Below are positions 54,520 to 64,000 of a stretch of 64,000 bases of DNA, in pieces. Position 1 is the stretch's first letter. Each line of letters begins with the position of its first letter. This stretch comes from Octopus vulgaris (Eukaryota), in the NCBI GenBank assembly GCA_951406725.2, contig OX597832.1:1364001-1428000 (forward strand), written 5' to 3'. A program made the position numbers and the translations under genes. Below the pieces are notes generated by a model. The model worked only from the letters and a program-made list of their open reading frames with translations, did no database searches and was not told where the DNA came from.

Positions 54520-56034
54520 GTGATACACGAAGGAGTCATACCCAATGACTGGTGTAGCAGCACACTAGTCAACTGCTACAAAGGTAAAGGTGATGCCCTA
54601 GATACAAATAATTACAGAGGTATCAAGCTGTTGGATCAGGTAATGAAGGTTACGGAGAGGGTCATAGCCCAACTAATTAGAGAGAGAGATAGTTTAGATG
54701 AGATGCAGTTTGGGTTCGTGCCAGGGAAAAGCACTACTGATGCTATATTCCTGGTAAGGCAGCTGCAGGAGAAATACCTAGCCAAAGATAAGCCCCTGTA
54801 CCTGGCTTTCGTTGACATGGAGAAAGCCTTTGATAGGGTCCCCCGATCCCTCATCTGGTGGTCAATGAGGAAACTAGGAATAGATGAATGGCTGGTGAGG
54901 GCTGTGCAAGCCATGTACAGAGATGCCGTAAGTAAGCTTAGGGTTGGCAACATGTACACAGAAAAATTCAAAGTAGAGGTTGGGGTCCACCAGGGTTCAG
55001 TACTCAGCCCCCTCCTATTTATCATAGTCCTCCAGGCAATTGTGGAGGAATTCAAGACAGGTTGCCCCTGGGAGCTCCTCTATGCTGACGACCTCGCTCT
55101 AATTGCTGAGTCACTATCAGAACTGGAGGAGAAGTTCCAGATGTGGAAGGAGGGTTTAGAATCAAGGGGCCTTAGAGTCAACCTAGCTAAAACCAAAGTA
55201 CTAATAAGTAGAAAGGTAGACAATCCACAAATGTCCTCAGGAAGATGGCCCTGCTTGATCTGTAGAAAGGGTGTTGGTAGAAACTTTATAAGATGTACCC
55301 AGTGTAAGCTATGGACTCATAAGAGGTGCAGCAATGTCAAAGGTAGGCTAACTGGGAAGATAGTTTTTGTATGTGGCAGATGCTCGGGAGCATTGACCTC
55401 CGAAGATCTGCAGAAAACAACTTCCGTCACTTTGCAAGGGGAAAAATTAGAAGTAGTTGATAGCTTCCGTTATCTAGGTGACCAAGTCAGTAGTGGGGGT
55501 GGGTGCGCTGAGAGTGTAACTGCTAGAATAAGAATAGCCTGGGCAAAGTTTAGGGAGCTCTTACCTCTGCTGGTGACAAAAGGCCTCTCGCTCAGAGTAA
55601 AGGGCAGACTGTATGATGCATGTGTACGAACTGCCATGCTACATGGCAGTGAAACATGGGCCGTGACTGCTGAGGACATGCGTAAGCTCATGAGGAATGA
55701 AGCCAGTATGCTCCGATGGATGTGTAATGTCAGTGTACTTACTCGACAGAGCGTTAGTTCCTTGAGAGAAATGTTGTACCTAAGAAGCATCAGTTGTTGT
55801 GTGCAAGAGAGACGATTGCGCTGGTATGGTCATGTGGCGAGAATGGATGAAGATAGGTGTGTGAGAAAGTGCCAATCCCTAGCAGTTGAGGGAACCCGTG
55901 GAAGAGGTAGACCCAGGAAAACCTGGGACGAGGTGGTGAAGCACGACCTTCGAACGTTAGGTCTCACCATGGAAATGACTAGAGACCGAGACCTATGGAA
56001 GTATGCTGTGCGTGAGAAGACCCGGCAAGACTAG
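54520..56034 (+). CDS. RTE reverse transcriptase ORF segment (504 aa)
   Basis: ORF track; complete RT core with YADD and the C-terminal RGRGRPRKTW motif. Confidence 0.85.
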   Translation: MIHEGVIPNDWCSSTLVNCYKGKGDALDTNNYRGIKLLDQVMKVTERVIAQLIRERDSLDEMQFGFVPGKSTTDAIFLVRQLQEKYLAKDKPLYLAFVDMEKAFDRVPRSLIWWSMRKLGIDEWLVRAVQAMYRDAVSKLRVGNMYTEKFKVEVGVHQGSVLSPLLFIIVLQAIVEEFKTGCPWELLYADDLALIAESLSELEEKFQMWKEGLESRGLRVNLAKTKVLISRKVDNPQMSSGRWPCLICRKGVGRNFIRCTQCKLWTHKRCSNVKGRLTGKIVFVCGRCSGALTSEDLQKTTSVTLQGEKLEVVDSFRYLGDQVSSGGGCAESVTARIRIAWAKFRELLPLLVTKGLSLRVKGRLYDACVRTAMLHGSETWAVTAEDMRKLMRNEASMLRWMCNVSVLTRQSVSSLREMLYLRSISCCVQERRLRWYGHVARMDEDRCVRKCQSLAVEGTRGRGRPRKTWDEVVKHDLRTLGLTMEMTRDRDLWKYAVREKTRQD

Positions 56035-56204
56035 TGAAGCCATAACCCATGGCCACTACCTGGGACGTAGTCAGTCCACCTGTGCATACCTTCCTGCTTG
56101 TGATACTTGTGAAGACCTGTTGAGGCAAGTGAAAGTCAAGTCAAATCGAATCAAATCAATAGATGAACATCAATGGAATTTGTATCCTTGTGGTACCAGT
56201 GCCG

Positions 56205-56472
56205 GTGGCACATAAGAAAACCATCCGAACGGGACCGTAGCCAGTACCGCATCGACTGGCCCCGTGCTGTGGGCACGTAACAAACACCATCCGATCGTAG
56301 CCGTTCGCCAGCCTCGTCTGGCACCTGTGTCGGTGGCACATAAAAAACACCATCCGAGCGTGGCCGTCTGCCAGCCTCGTCTGGCACCTGTGTCGGTGGC
56401 ACATAAAAAACACCATTCGAGCGTGACCATCTGCCAGCCTCGTCTGGCACCTGTGTCGGTGGCACATAAAAT
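56205..56472 (+). repeat. 63-bp tandem repeat (~4 copies) in the RTE 3' UTR
   Basis: gcacctgtgtcggtggcacataaaa recurs at 56321, 56384 and 56447. Confidence 0.92.
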
Positions 56473-58224
56473 CACCCACTACACTCTCGGAGTGGTTGGC
56501 GTTAGGAAGGGCATCCAGCTGTAGAAACACTGCCAGATCTGACTGGCCTGGTGCAGCCTTCGGGCTTGCCAGACCCCAGTTGAACCGTCCAACCCATGCT
56601 AGCATGGAAAGCGGACGTTAAACGATGATGATGATGATGATTATATTCTGACTCTGTTTCTTCCTGTTTTGCAGTACATTCATGTTGATCACTGTGATCC
56701 TCATTTGTATCAAATGTGTCAATATAGGTCTGTTTTGAACCCTAGGACTCATAAGGGTGGAGCTTAACTTGGTTTGCATGGCATGTAAATGATTACTTCT
56801 TGAAAGGAATGGCAGTCTGTAATAGGTTTAGCTTCCCAGCAATTGCTAGAACTCAAACACAGTTGAGTGGACTGGGGAAATGTGAAATGAAGTGTTTTGC
56901 TCAAGAACACAATGCACTGCCCAGCTGGGAATCAAAACTACAATCTTATAATCATAATTGCAAGATCCTAACTACAAAACTATGTGCCATTACAAAGTAA
57001 AGTGTCAACAGTGGGTTGAAAATGGTGAGGAAGAACTCACACGGTTTGTGTGCTACTGATGGCTTCACTGGTGTTTGGTTAGCTTGTTTTAGCTGTGGCT
57101 GTTAACAAACTTGACATTGTAAAATAGTTTGATAGCTTTTGACATTTAGAAATTTTCTCAGATCACTTAATTACTTTTATGAATTCAGTGTTATTCCTCT
57201 TGTGTTTTGATTTTTTAAACTCCAACAGGACAGAGCTTGATTATAGTGGGTGAATAAGGCTGAAACATGTGTAGAATACTTTTTCCAATTGTCAAATTTA
57301 AACTTAGGAAAGAAAAGTGTTGATAAAATAAAAAAAAACATTAAAGGAAGCACTTCTTAAACTATCCCTGCAAAACTAAATGTATTATGGTTATTAACTT
57401 GTAAAAGCTGTTTTGACCCAAGCTGTTTAAATAAAAGATTAAATAAAATATTTGAATATTTTATGCACTTTAGCTGAATTTTTAAAAACAACATTAGAAT
57501 ATAAACTTGGTGTAGTTGTTAATTGACATAAAAAGTAGTGTCCAACAAGAACTTGTGCTAATTTTATTTCTCTGGAATGTCTACATAAATATAGACAATC
57601 AAAAACTTTTCATAATATTTAATGCCACTTATTAGTATTATGAGCAGATTTGTTGCTAAATTTTGGGGATAGAGAGTAGGCTTCATAACTTTTTAGTTAT
57701 CACTCTTCTTTACAATAATTTTGAGGGCAGAGTTTCAGAATAAGTACACCACAGTAAATTTTTTTGATAATTTCTTTGGTTTAAAACATCTGCATTTTAG
57801 AACAATATTTCTGAAATATTAACAGACTTTATAGAGAAAAAGTGAAAATGAAAGAAGCATTTTTAATTCAAAATAGATTCAAGTATTTGAATTTGAATTT
57901 AGCACAACAAATATTTAGCTTAAACAAAACAAAATAAAAATACTTTAAAGAAAAGTTTAAAAATTTAGAATATTAAATTCAAGGAAAGCAAAAACTACTC
58001 AGTAACTTTTTTCATAGACTTGCTCTCAACTGTAAATAGATGGTATGAAGTTTGTCTTTTCTTGCCAATGAAGAAAGAGCTAGTTTCTAACCTAGATCCA
58101 AGATTCCTTCATTGGAATTTCAACAACACCAACAAGATAGTTGTGCATGTCTCTGAGTGTATATGTGAAAGTATTTAGAGTCAGTACATGCACAAATCTG
58201 CATGTCTTGTTTTATGCATGTAGA

Positions 58225-58790
58225 CAGACATGCAGGAAGTAAATAGACACCTTTAATTTTCAAAATCTTTTATTTAATATGCAAAGCGAACAATTGAAAT
58301 GTAATCGATAGGTAGGACTACATACTTCAGTATTTAGTTGACATTCCCTTTGCAGTTTTTAATTCAGAAACTTTTTTGGGCATTGAACTGATGAGCTTTG
58401 TGATTGTCTCTTGTGGAATTTCTGCCTACTTTTCATGCAACAATCGAAACAATTCATCTTTAGATTTAGGTTTCTGTTGAGTTTTTCATATAGCTCTATC
58501 TAGTATGCTCTAAAGATTTTCAATTAGGTTCATATCAGGAGATTGGCTCGGCCAAGGAAGCTTTTTGATCCCATTTTCAGTCGATTCCTTTTTGCTATGT
58601 GGCATGGAGCCCCATTTTCCATGAATAAAAACTCATTTTTTGTTAGGTTATCATGTGAACACATCGGAAGTAGTATTTCGATGTATTTTTTCAGAGTTTA
58701 TGGTTCCCACACATTCAATCAGCTCAGAACGACCATTGCTGGTGACAGCTCCTCATACCATTACATACCATTAAATGAAAATGCATCTAG
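58225..58790 (-). mobile_element. Tc1-like transposase C-terminal fragment
   Basis: Minus strand FMENGAPCH and WPSQSPDMNLIENL. Confidence 0.8.
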
Positions 58791-59730
58791 TTTTTAAAAA
58801 AACTAACGCCAGCAGAACATGAAAAGTATAGTAACTTCATATTGCCAAAAAAAAAAAGAAGATTCGACATAAATTTCACCGACAGAGTTGACATTTTGTG
58901 CAAACTGTTTAGTGAAAAGAGCTCACTGTTTAAACATAGAAAGGAGCAAAGATGAAGACTTCACAACTTACACAATCAGAATAAATGAAGAATGTGAGAA
59001 ATTTAGGCTAGATATGCTTACTCCAGATTCTTTTAAGTGTTTGATTTTTGCACAAGGATTGACTGATAGAAGGGATGTAGAAATCTGAGTGGGTATTCTT
59101 TCAAAACTGGAAATGAATCAAGATTTGACATTGCAGTAACTGTTGGAAAAGTGTGACAAAATATTAAAATTAAGGCATGACACGGAAGAAATTCAACGGA
59201 AAGAGAGTTTCCACATAAGAAAGGTCTGATACAAAGAACTGCCAAGATGTGAGCGTGTACTTTATATGTGATGGTGTACTAATGTACACTAAGAGGGTGG
59301 TCATACCACAGACATTACATAAGAGAATACTAAAAGAGTTTGATGTGGGACATGCAAAGTTTCGTATAGTGCCCAAGCATGGACAAAGAAGTTGAAAATC
59401 TGGTAAAAGGCTGCAGAAGATGTTTTCAAGCAAAATGTGAACCTTAGCCGGAAGTAAAAATACCATGGTTCTGATTGCATATCGATTTTGTAGGCCCGGT
59501 AAATGGATATTATTACTTAGTACTGATCAGCTACATAAAACGGTTTGAGGTCACATGGTGTAAATGACCAACCTCATATACGGAAATAAACTTCTTACGC
59601 AAGCTGTTCGTAAGTTTTGTTGCACCGGATATAATTGTTTCTGATAACAGAACACAGTGTGTATCCTGTGAGTTTAAAAGATTCTGCGAAATGTTCACGT
59701 TAGGACATAAAACTATAGCACCGTTTCATA
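58790..59730 (+). mobile_element. Gypsy relic (gag and integrase fragments, internally deleted)
   Basis: INEECEKFRLDMLTPDSFKCLIFAQGL; LHIDFVGPVNGYYYLV; PDIIVSDNRTQ; related to 28580-30742. Confidence 0.8.
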
Positions 59731-59888
59731 GTTAACGCTCACACTCATTATACATAGACATTTGAAATAACTTTTACAATGCAGTCGTCCTTTCACACGG
59801 AATTTTATCTATCTTTAAACCATGACTCTGAAGTGACTTACATATAAGGGAACTGGGATCTTTTCCTTTGGAACGGCAGATGTCAACA

Positions 59889-60362
59889 CAATTTCTAGTT
59901 AACTAAACACTTTTAAACTTCGTATACTGGTAGAATGTGTTTATAAAACATCATATTTTCTTGGCTTTATTGAGAAAATTCTATATGTTATAACATATTC
60001 CCACTTTAAAATTGAGTATTTTGGCAATTTTAACCAATCGCTCACCTCCATTTGGGGTGAAAAGATTCCGTGCTGTATGAATATGCCCCTCGTTTAAGAA
60101 ACAGATTGGGTTTATTTACATTTGCGAAGAAAAAAAGATACCCTTCCCCCACCCCTAACCATAACCCTAACCCTAATCCTAAAATAGATTGAAATGCAAT
60201 AGATCGATACCAGGGCCATAATTATGGGTGACAATTTCATACGACACTGCTACGGAAAATGGGATTTTTTTCTAGCGGCGTCAAATGAAAATGTCATCCA
60301 TAATTATGGCCCTGGTATCGATCTATTGCATTTCAATCTATTTTAGGATTAGGGTTAGGGTT
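59889..60362. mobile_element. MITE-related fragment ending in a hairpin capped by telomeric-type repeats
   Basis: Left end resembles the TIR at 37294 (taactaaacacttt...ctggtagaatgtgt); inverted repeat 60163-60252 / 60273-60362 with CCCTAA/TTAGGG outer ends. Confidence 0.75.
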
Positions 60363-60595
60363 TTGTATGAAATCATTATCAATTGTTACAGGCCAGTTTT
60401 TTTTTGAAATCACTAAATTTCCTTCCTGTTTCCTGTTTCTGCTCTCCCTTTTCTCAAAGTTCTTGATCACTGTGATCATCATCTGCACAAAAAGTGCAAC
60501 AGTAGGTTGATTATTGCTAAACAGGGCACACATGGTTTGTGCACTATCATTGACTTCACTGGTGTTTGCATGGCTTGTTTTAGTTGCAGCTGATT

Positions 60596-61015
60596 TCACT
60601 TTCTCTTTTCTCTTTTACTTGTTTCAGTCATTTGGCTGTGGTCATACTGGAGCACCGCCTTTAGTCGAAGAAATCGACCCCAGGACTTATTCTTTAGAAG
60701 CCTAGTACTTATTCTATCGGTCTCTTTTGCCGAACTGCTAAGTTACGGGGACGTAAACACACCAGCATCGGTTGTCAAGTGATGTTAGGGGGACAAACAC
60801 AGACACACAAACATGTACACACACACACATATATATATATATACATATATACAACGGGCTTCTTTCAGTTTCCATCTACCAAATCCACTCACAAGGCTTT
60901 GATCAGCCCAAGGCTATAGTAGAAGACTCTTGCCCAAGGTGCCATGCATTGGGAATGAACCCAGAACCATGTGGTTGGTTAGCAAGCTACTTACCACACA
61001 GCCACTCCTGCACCT
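60596..61015 (-). mobile_element. tRNA-derived SINE with internal microsatellite
   Basis: Reverse strand A box (gtggctgtgtggtaag) and B-box-like ggttcattccc; 3' tail ggcggtgctccagtatgaccacagcc...gactgaaac shared with the SINE at 14632. Confidence 0.85.
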
Positions 61016-61719
61016 ATTATGACAAACTTTTACTTGACATTGTAAAATAGTTTGATAGGTTTTGACATTTAGAAATTTCATTAGACTGCTTTTCCTTGAG
61101 TTGGCATTTCTGGTATCCGCTTAAGTACTTTCTTGAAGACATTGCTATTCCTCTTGGGGCCTAGAACACTGTAAAAAAAATAGGGTAGTATTTTCATTAG
61201 CCACAGCAAGACAGAGATTGATCAAGATAAGGGCCCACAAATTAATATATAGTCATAAATGGAGAATTGTTCATTTTGTACAAGGTTATATTCAAACAAT
61301 CTTTAAAGTAGAAAAATGCTTTGTTACTGAACAGATTGTAAGTTCAAAATTAGGAGGCAAACCCTTTCATTGGTCATTAAATAATGGTGTCCTACTGAAA
61401 AAATAAGAATTCTTATCTCTACCAGGCTGATGTAGTAGCAGACATATTAGACAATAGGAGGGGTAGGGTTGAAGTTTCCAAAATAATGCAAGGAAAGCGA
61501 ATTATCTGCAAGTTGTTTGTATTTTTATTTTTATACTACTCCACACCGGCTGGAACAGTTTGTGGTTAGACACTGCATATCTATACTCTGTGTAGGAGTA
61601 TGAGATGACACTGTACACTAAGACTAGTGACAGAAATCTGCATAGCAAAATTCAAAAGCAAAAAATTAAGTTGTTTCAGAGGAGTCCCTATGGGATTAGC
61701 AGCCCTACGTCACTGTTCA

Positions 61720-62197
61720 TGAGACCTGGCAAGTTGATTGCAGTGGATGTATATATCAACCAACTGGACAAAATGATGAGTGAACTTGCAATTAAACAAC
61801 TGAGATTGGTCAATAAAGACAAGCCAATTCTCTTGTAAGACAATGTTTGACCGCATGTTGCACAAAGAACACTACTCAAGTTAGAGGAACTGAACTTGGA
61901 AGTACTCTGTCATCTACCATATTCATTAGACTTTGCACCAACTGACTATTACGTTTTCCAGGCATTAGACAACTTTTTGCAAGGAAAAATTTCAAATCTG
62001 AAGAAGATGCAAAAAGAGTCTTTTGTGATTTCATCACTTCTTACTCTCCAGAATTCTTCACTGCCAGCATAAATAAAATGGCAAAATTGTGTTGATAATT
62101 TAGATGCATACTTTGATTAACTGCATTGCTTTTTGTTGAGATAAAGTAAAATAAACTTTCTGCTTAAAATCGGACATTTCATTCTTAATGACCTGAT
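61720..62197 (+). mobile_element. Mariner 3' fragment with right TIR
   Basis: PILL*DNV*PH and PYSLDFAPTDYYVF; TIR-like cggacatttcattcttaatgacctga followed by (TA)n. Confidence 0.8.
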
Positions 62198-62800
62198 ATA
62201 TATATATATATATATATAATGATAATATTATTATGGAGTATAACTCCAAACTTACAGGGAAAAATTCAATTTAGTATTAAATCAAATTTCACAATCAGAG
62301 ATTTATTATTATATCTCATTCAGAGATTTATTATAATATATATATTGTTTATTCATTTTTGTACTTTTTATGATCTAGTTATATGTTTTTGAAAAATATA
62401 TTTTATTTTTTTATTTATGATTTGGTTTATGTCTATCATTGTTTGAATTTCATAATAGTGGTTTTTCTCTAATTTATATATAATATATATATATGTATGT
62501 ATATGTATGTATACACACACACACATATATATATAAAGGCATAAGAGATACATACATGCATGCATTTCTGCACACACACACAAACACACACACACCATTG
62601 ACACTATAGTGGAGATTGTAATGGTCAAAAAGCTAAACATTTTTGAATTTTGTTTGTGATTTTCTTGTCAAGATTTGCGTCCCTGTTTAACATGATTCCA
62701 AGATAGATATTTAAAGAAAGATTCAATTTTCATTGTTGTATTATATACTGTTAGAAACCTTGAGGATCCAGGGTAAGGTCGATGAAGAAATACAGTTCTA

Positions 62801-64000
62801 CGAGGGACGTTCAATAAGTAATGCCCCTGACCCACTTGCAGTCATTTGATCAAGCTGAAATTTGAGATGTGCAATTATTTATATCTCTATAGATTAAGTG
62901 GCAAATTACAGCTCTGAACTGATTGTGGTTTCTGATTTGCAGGTGTTTGAACAGAGTCAAGTGTTAAATAGAGCCTGTTGAGTGTCGAGCAGTGATCCGG
63001 TTTTTGTATTTGAAAGGACGCACACCACGGGAGACTTTTGATGAAATGAAAGTAACTTATGGTGATGATGCCACCCCATCATATGACCTTGTAAAACGCT
63101 GGCATTGTGAATTCAAACATGGTCGGAACTCTGTGGAAACAGCTCCCAGATCTGGTTGCCTCCCTTCTGCCATTGATGAGGCATCTGTCCATCAAGTTGA
63201 GGCTGCCATTTTGGAAGATCGACGCATAACTATTCGCCAAATAGCTCATGAGATCAAGATTAGTATTGGGTCTGTGGAAACTATCATTCATGACCATTTG
63301 CATATGCAAAAGGTGTCTGCCAGATGGATTCCCAGGTTGCTCACACCTTTCCAGAAGCAAGAATGCGTCGAGTGCTCGAGGATGAATTTGAAGATGTGCC
63401 AAGAAGATGAGTCAAAATTTTTCAAAAGACTGATTACACAGGATGAAACCTTGGTCCATCACTATGATCCAGAGACCAAAGCCCAGTCAATGCAGTGGAA
63501 GCACCGTGACTCACCTCCTCCAAAGAAGGCAAGGGTGCAGCCCTCCACTGGCAAGGTCATACTCACAGTCTTCTGGGACCAGGACGGAGTAGTGATGATA
63601 GATTTCCTGGCAAAGGGTACCACAATTACAGGAGCCTATTATGCTTCACTTTTGAGGAAATTAAGAGAAGCTATCAAAATCAAGAGGCAGGGCAAGATCA
63701 GCAAAGGCATCCTCCTCCTGCAGGACAATGCTCCGGTCCACAACTTGCGTGTCGCCAGATCAGAAGCACAGGCGTGTGGCTATGAACTCCTCCCCCATCC
63801 CCCCTACTCTCCTGACCTTGCACCATCTGATTTTCACCTCTTCCCAGCCATGAAGTTGTTTTTGAAAGGAAAGCGTTTCTCAGATGATGCAGCCTTGATT
63901 TCTGAAGTCACATCGTGGTTGGAGGACCACGCCGGGGTCTTCTACAAAAACGGTCTCCAGAGCTGCATCAAACAATGGGAGAAATGTGTAACTCTGGGTG
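62801..64000 (+). mobile_element. Mariner (DD34D) transposon, young, running off the window end
   Basis: TA at 62799-62800 then TIR cgagggacgttcaataagtaatgccc; transposase frame downstream. Confidence 0.93.
62968..64000 (+). CDS. Mariner transposase, uninterrupted frame (expected start codon reads ATA; first in-frame ATG at 63046)
   Basis: Hand translation shows no stop from 62968 to 64000: EPVECRAVIRFL, WIPRLLT, ITQDET, LQDNAPVH and YSPDLAPSDFHLF, with exactly 34 residues between the second and third Asp. Confidence 0.88.
   Translation, partial: MEPVECRAVIRFLYLKGRTPRETFDEMKVTYGDDATPSYDLVKRWHCEFKHGRNSVETAPRSGCLPSAIDEASVHQVEAAILEDRRITIRQIAHEIKISIGSVETIIHDHLHMQKVSARWIPRLLTPFQKQECVECSRMNLKMCQEDESKFFKRLITQDETLVHHYDPETKAQSMQWKHRDSPPPKKARVQPSTGKVILTVFWDQDGVVMIDFLAKGTTITGAYYASLLRKLREAIKIKRQGKISKGILLLQDNAPVHNLRVARSEAQACGYELLPHPPYSPDLAPSDFHLFPAMKLFLKGKRFSDDAALISEVTSWLEDHAGVFYKNGLQSCIKQWEKCVTLG

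Larger units (their letters stand above)
53359..56641 (+). mobile_element. Young RTE-clade LINE (APE C-terminal half, RT, PHD finger), 5'-truncated, two frameshifts
   Basis: APE motifs AGDFNGHVG, SQIDYIL and PQHRLV; RT motifs QFGF, FVDMEKAFD, GVHQGSVLSP, YADD and FRYLG; frameshifts near 53460 and 54515; stop at 56034; (GAT)n tail. Confidence 0.96.
52150..57170 (-). mobile_element. hAT (ZMYM1/DUF4371-like) transposon relic split by the young RTE insertion
   Basis: GTIKFIAEFDLFLHEYL...TTYLSKTVYKEL at 52611-52832; N-terminal-like sequence resumes after the RTE at 56640-57170. Confidence 0.6.

Noticed and set aside
56205-56472. CRISPR-like array
   Set aside because: Whole 63-bp units are repeated with no unique spacers, there are no cas genes, and it lies in a eukaryotic LINE 3' UTR
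63079-63402. Minus-strand 107-aa ORF
   Set aside because: It is the antisense shadow of the mariner transposase

Overview
This is AT-rich, repeat-dense eukaryotic DNA, most likely from an octopus. That assignment is inferred from the RTE LINEs with (GAT)n tails, the tRNA-derived SINE families and the very long (TA)n tracts. The only host gene I can support is a + strand SLC5 sodium:solute symporter (SLC5A8/A12/A6/A5 type). Seven internal exons (3695-52087) splice in phase; the 5' exons lie upstream of the window and the last exon was not found. Its introns hold many mobile elements: RTE LINEs carrying a PHD finger inside the RT, CR1/L2-like and R4-like LINE fragments, a Penelope element with ~870-bp inverted arms, mariner/Tc1/pogo, hAT, Helitron and Gypsy relics, SINEs and MITEs. 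The most unusual signal is a set of non-coding, fold-back elements inserted in (TA)n tracts that carry minimal type I hammerhead-ribozyme-like motifs. One is a retrozyme-like unit with a 352-nt period (18325-19051) and another is a 3.5-kb AT-rich nested palindrome (39371-42901). A mariner DD34D transposase frame with no stop codon (62968 to the window end) is missing from the ORF track. All calls were made by eye, without database searches.
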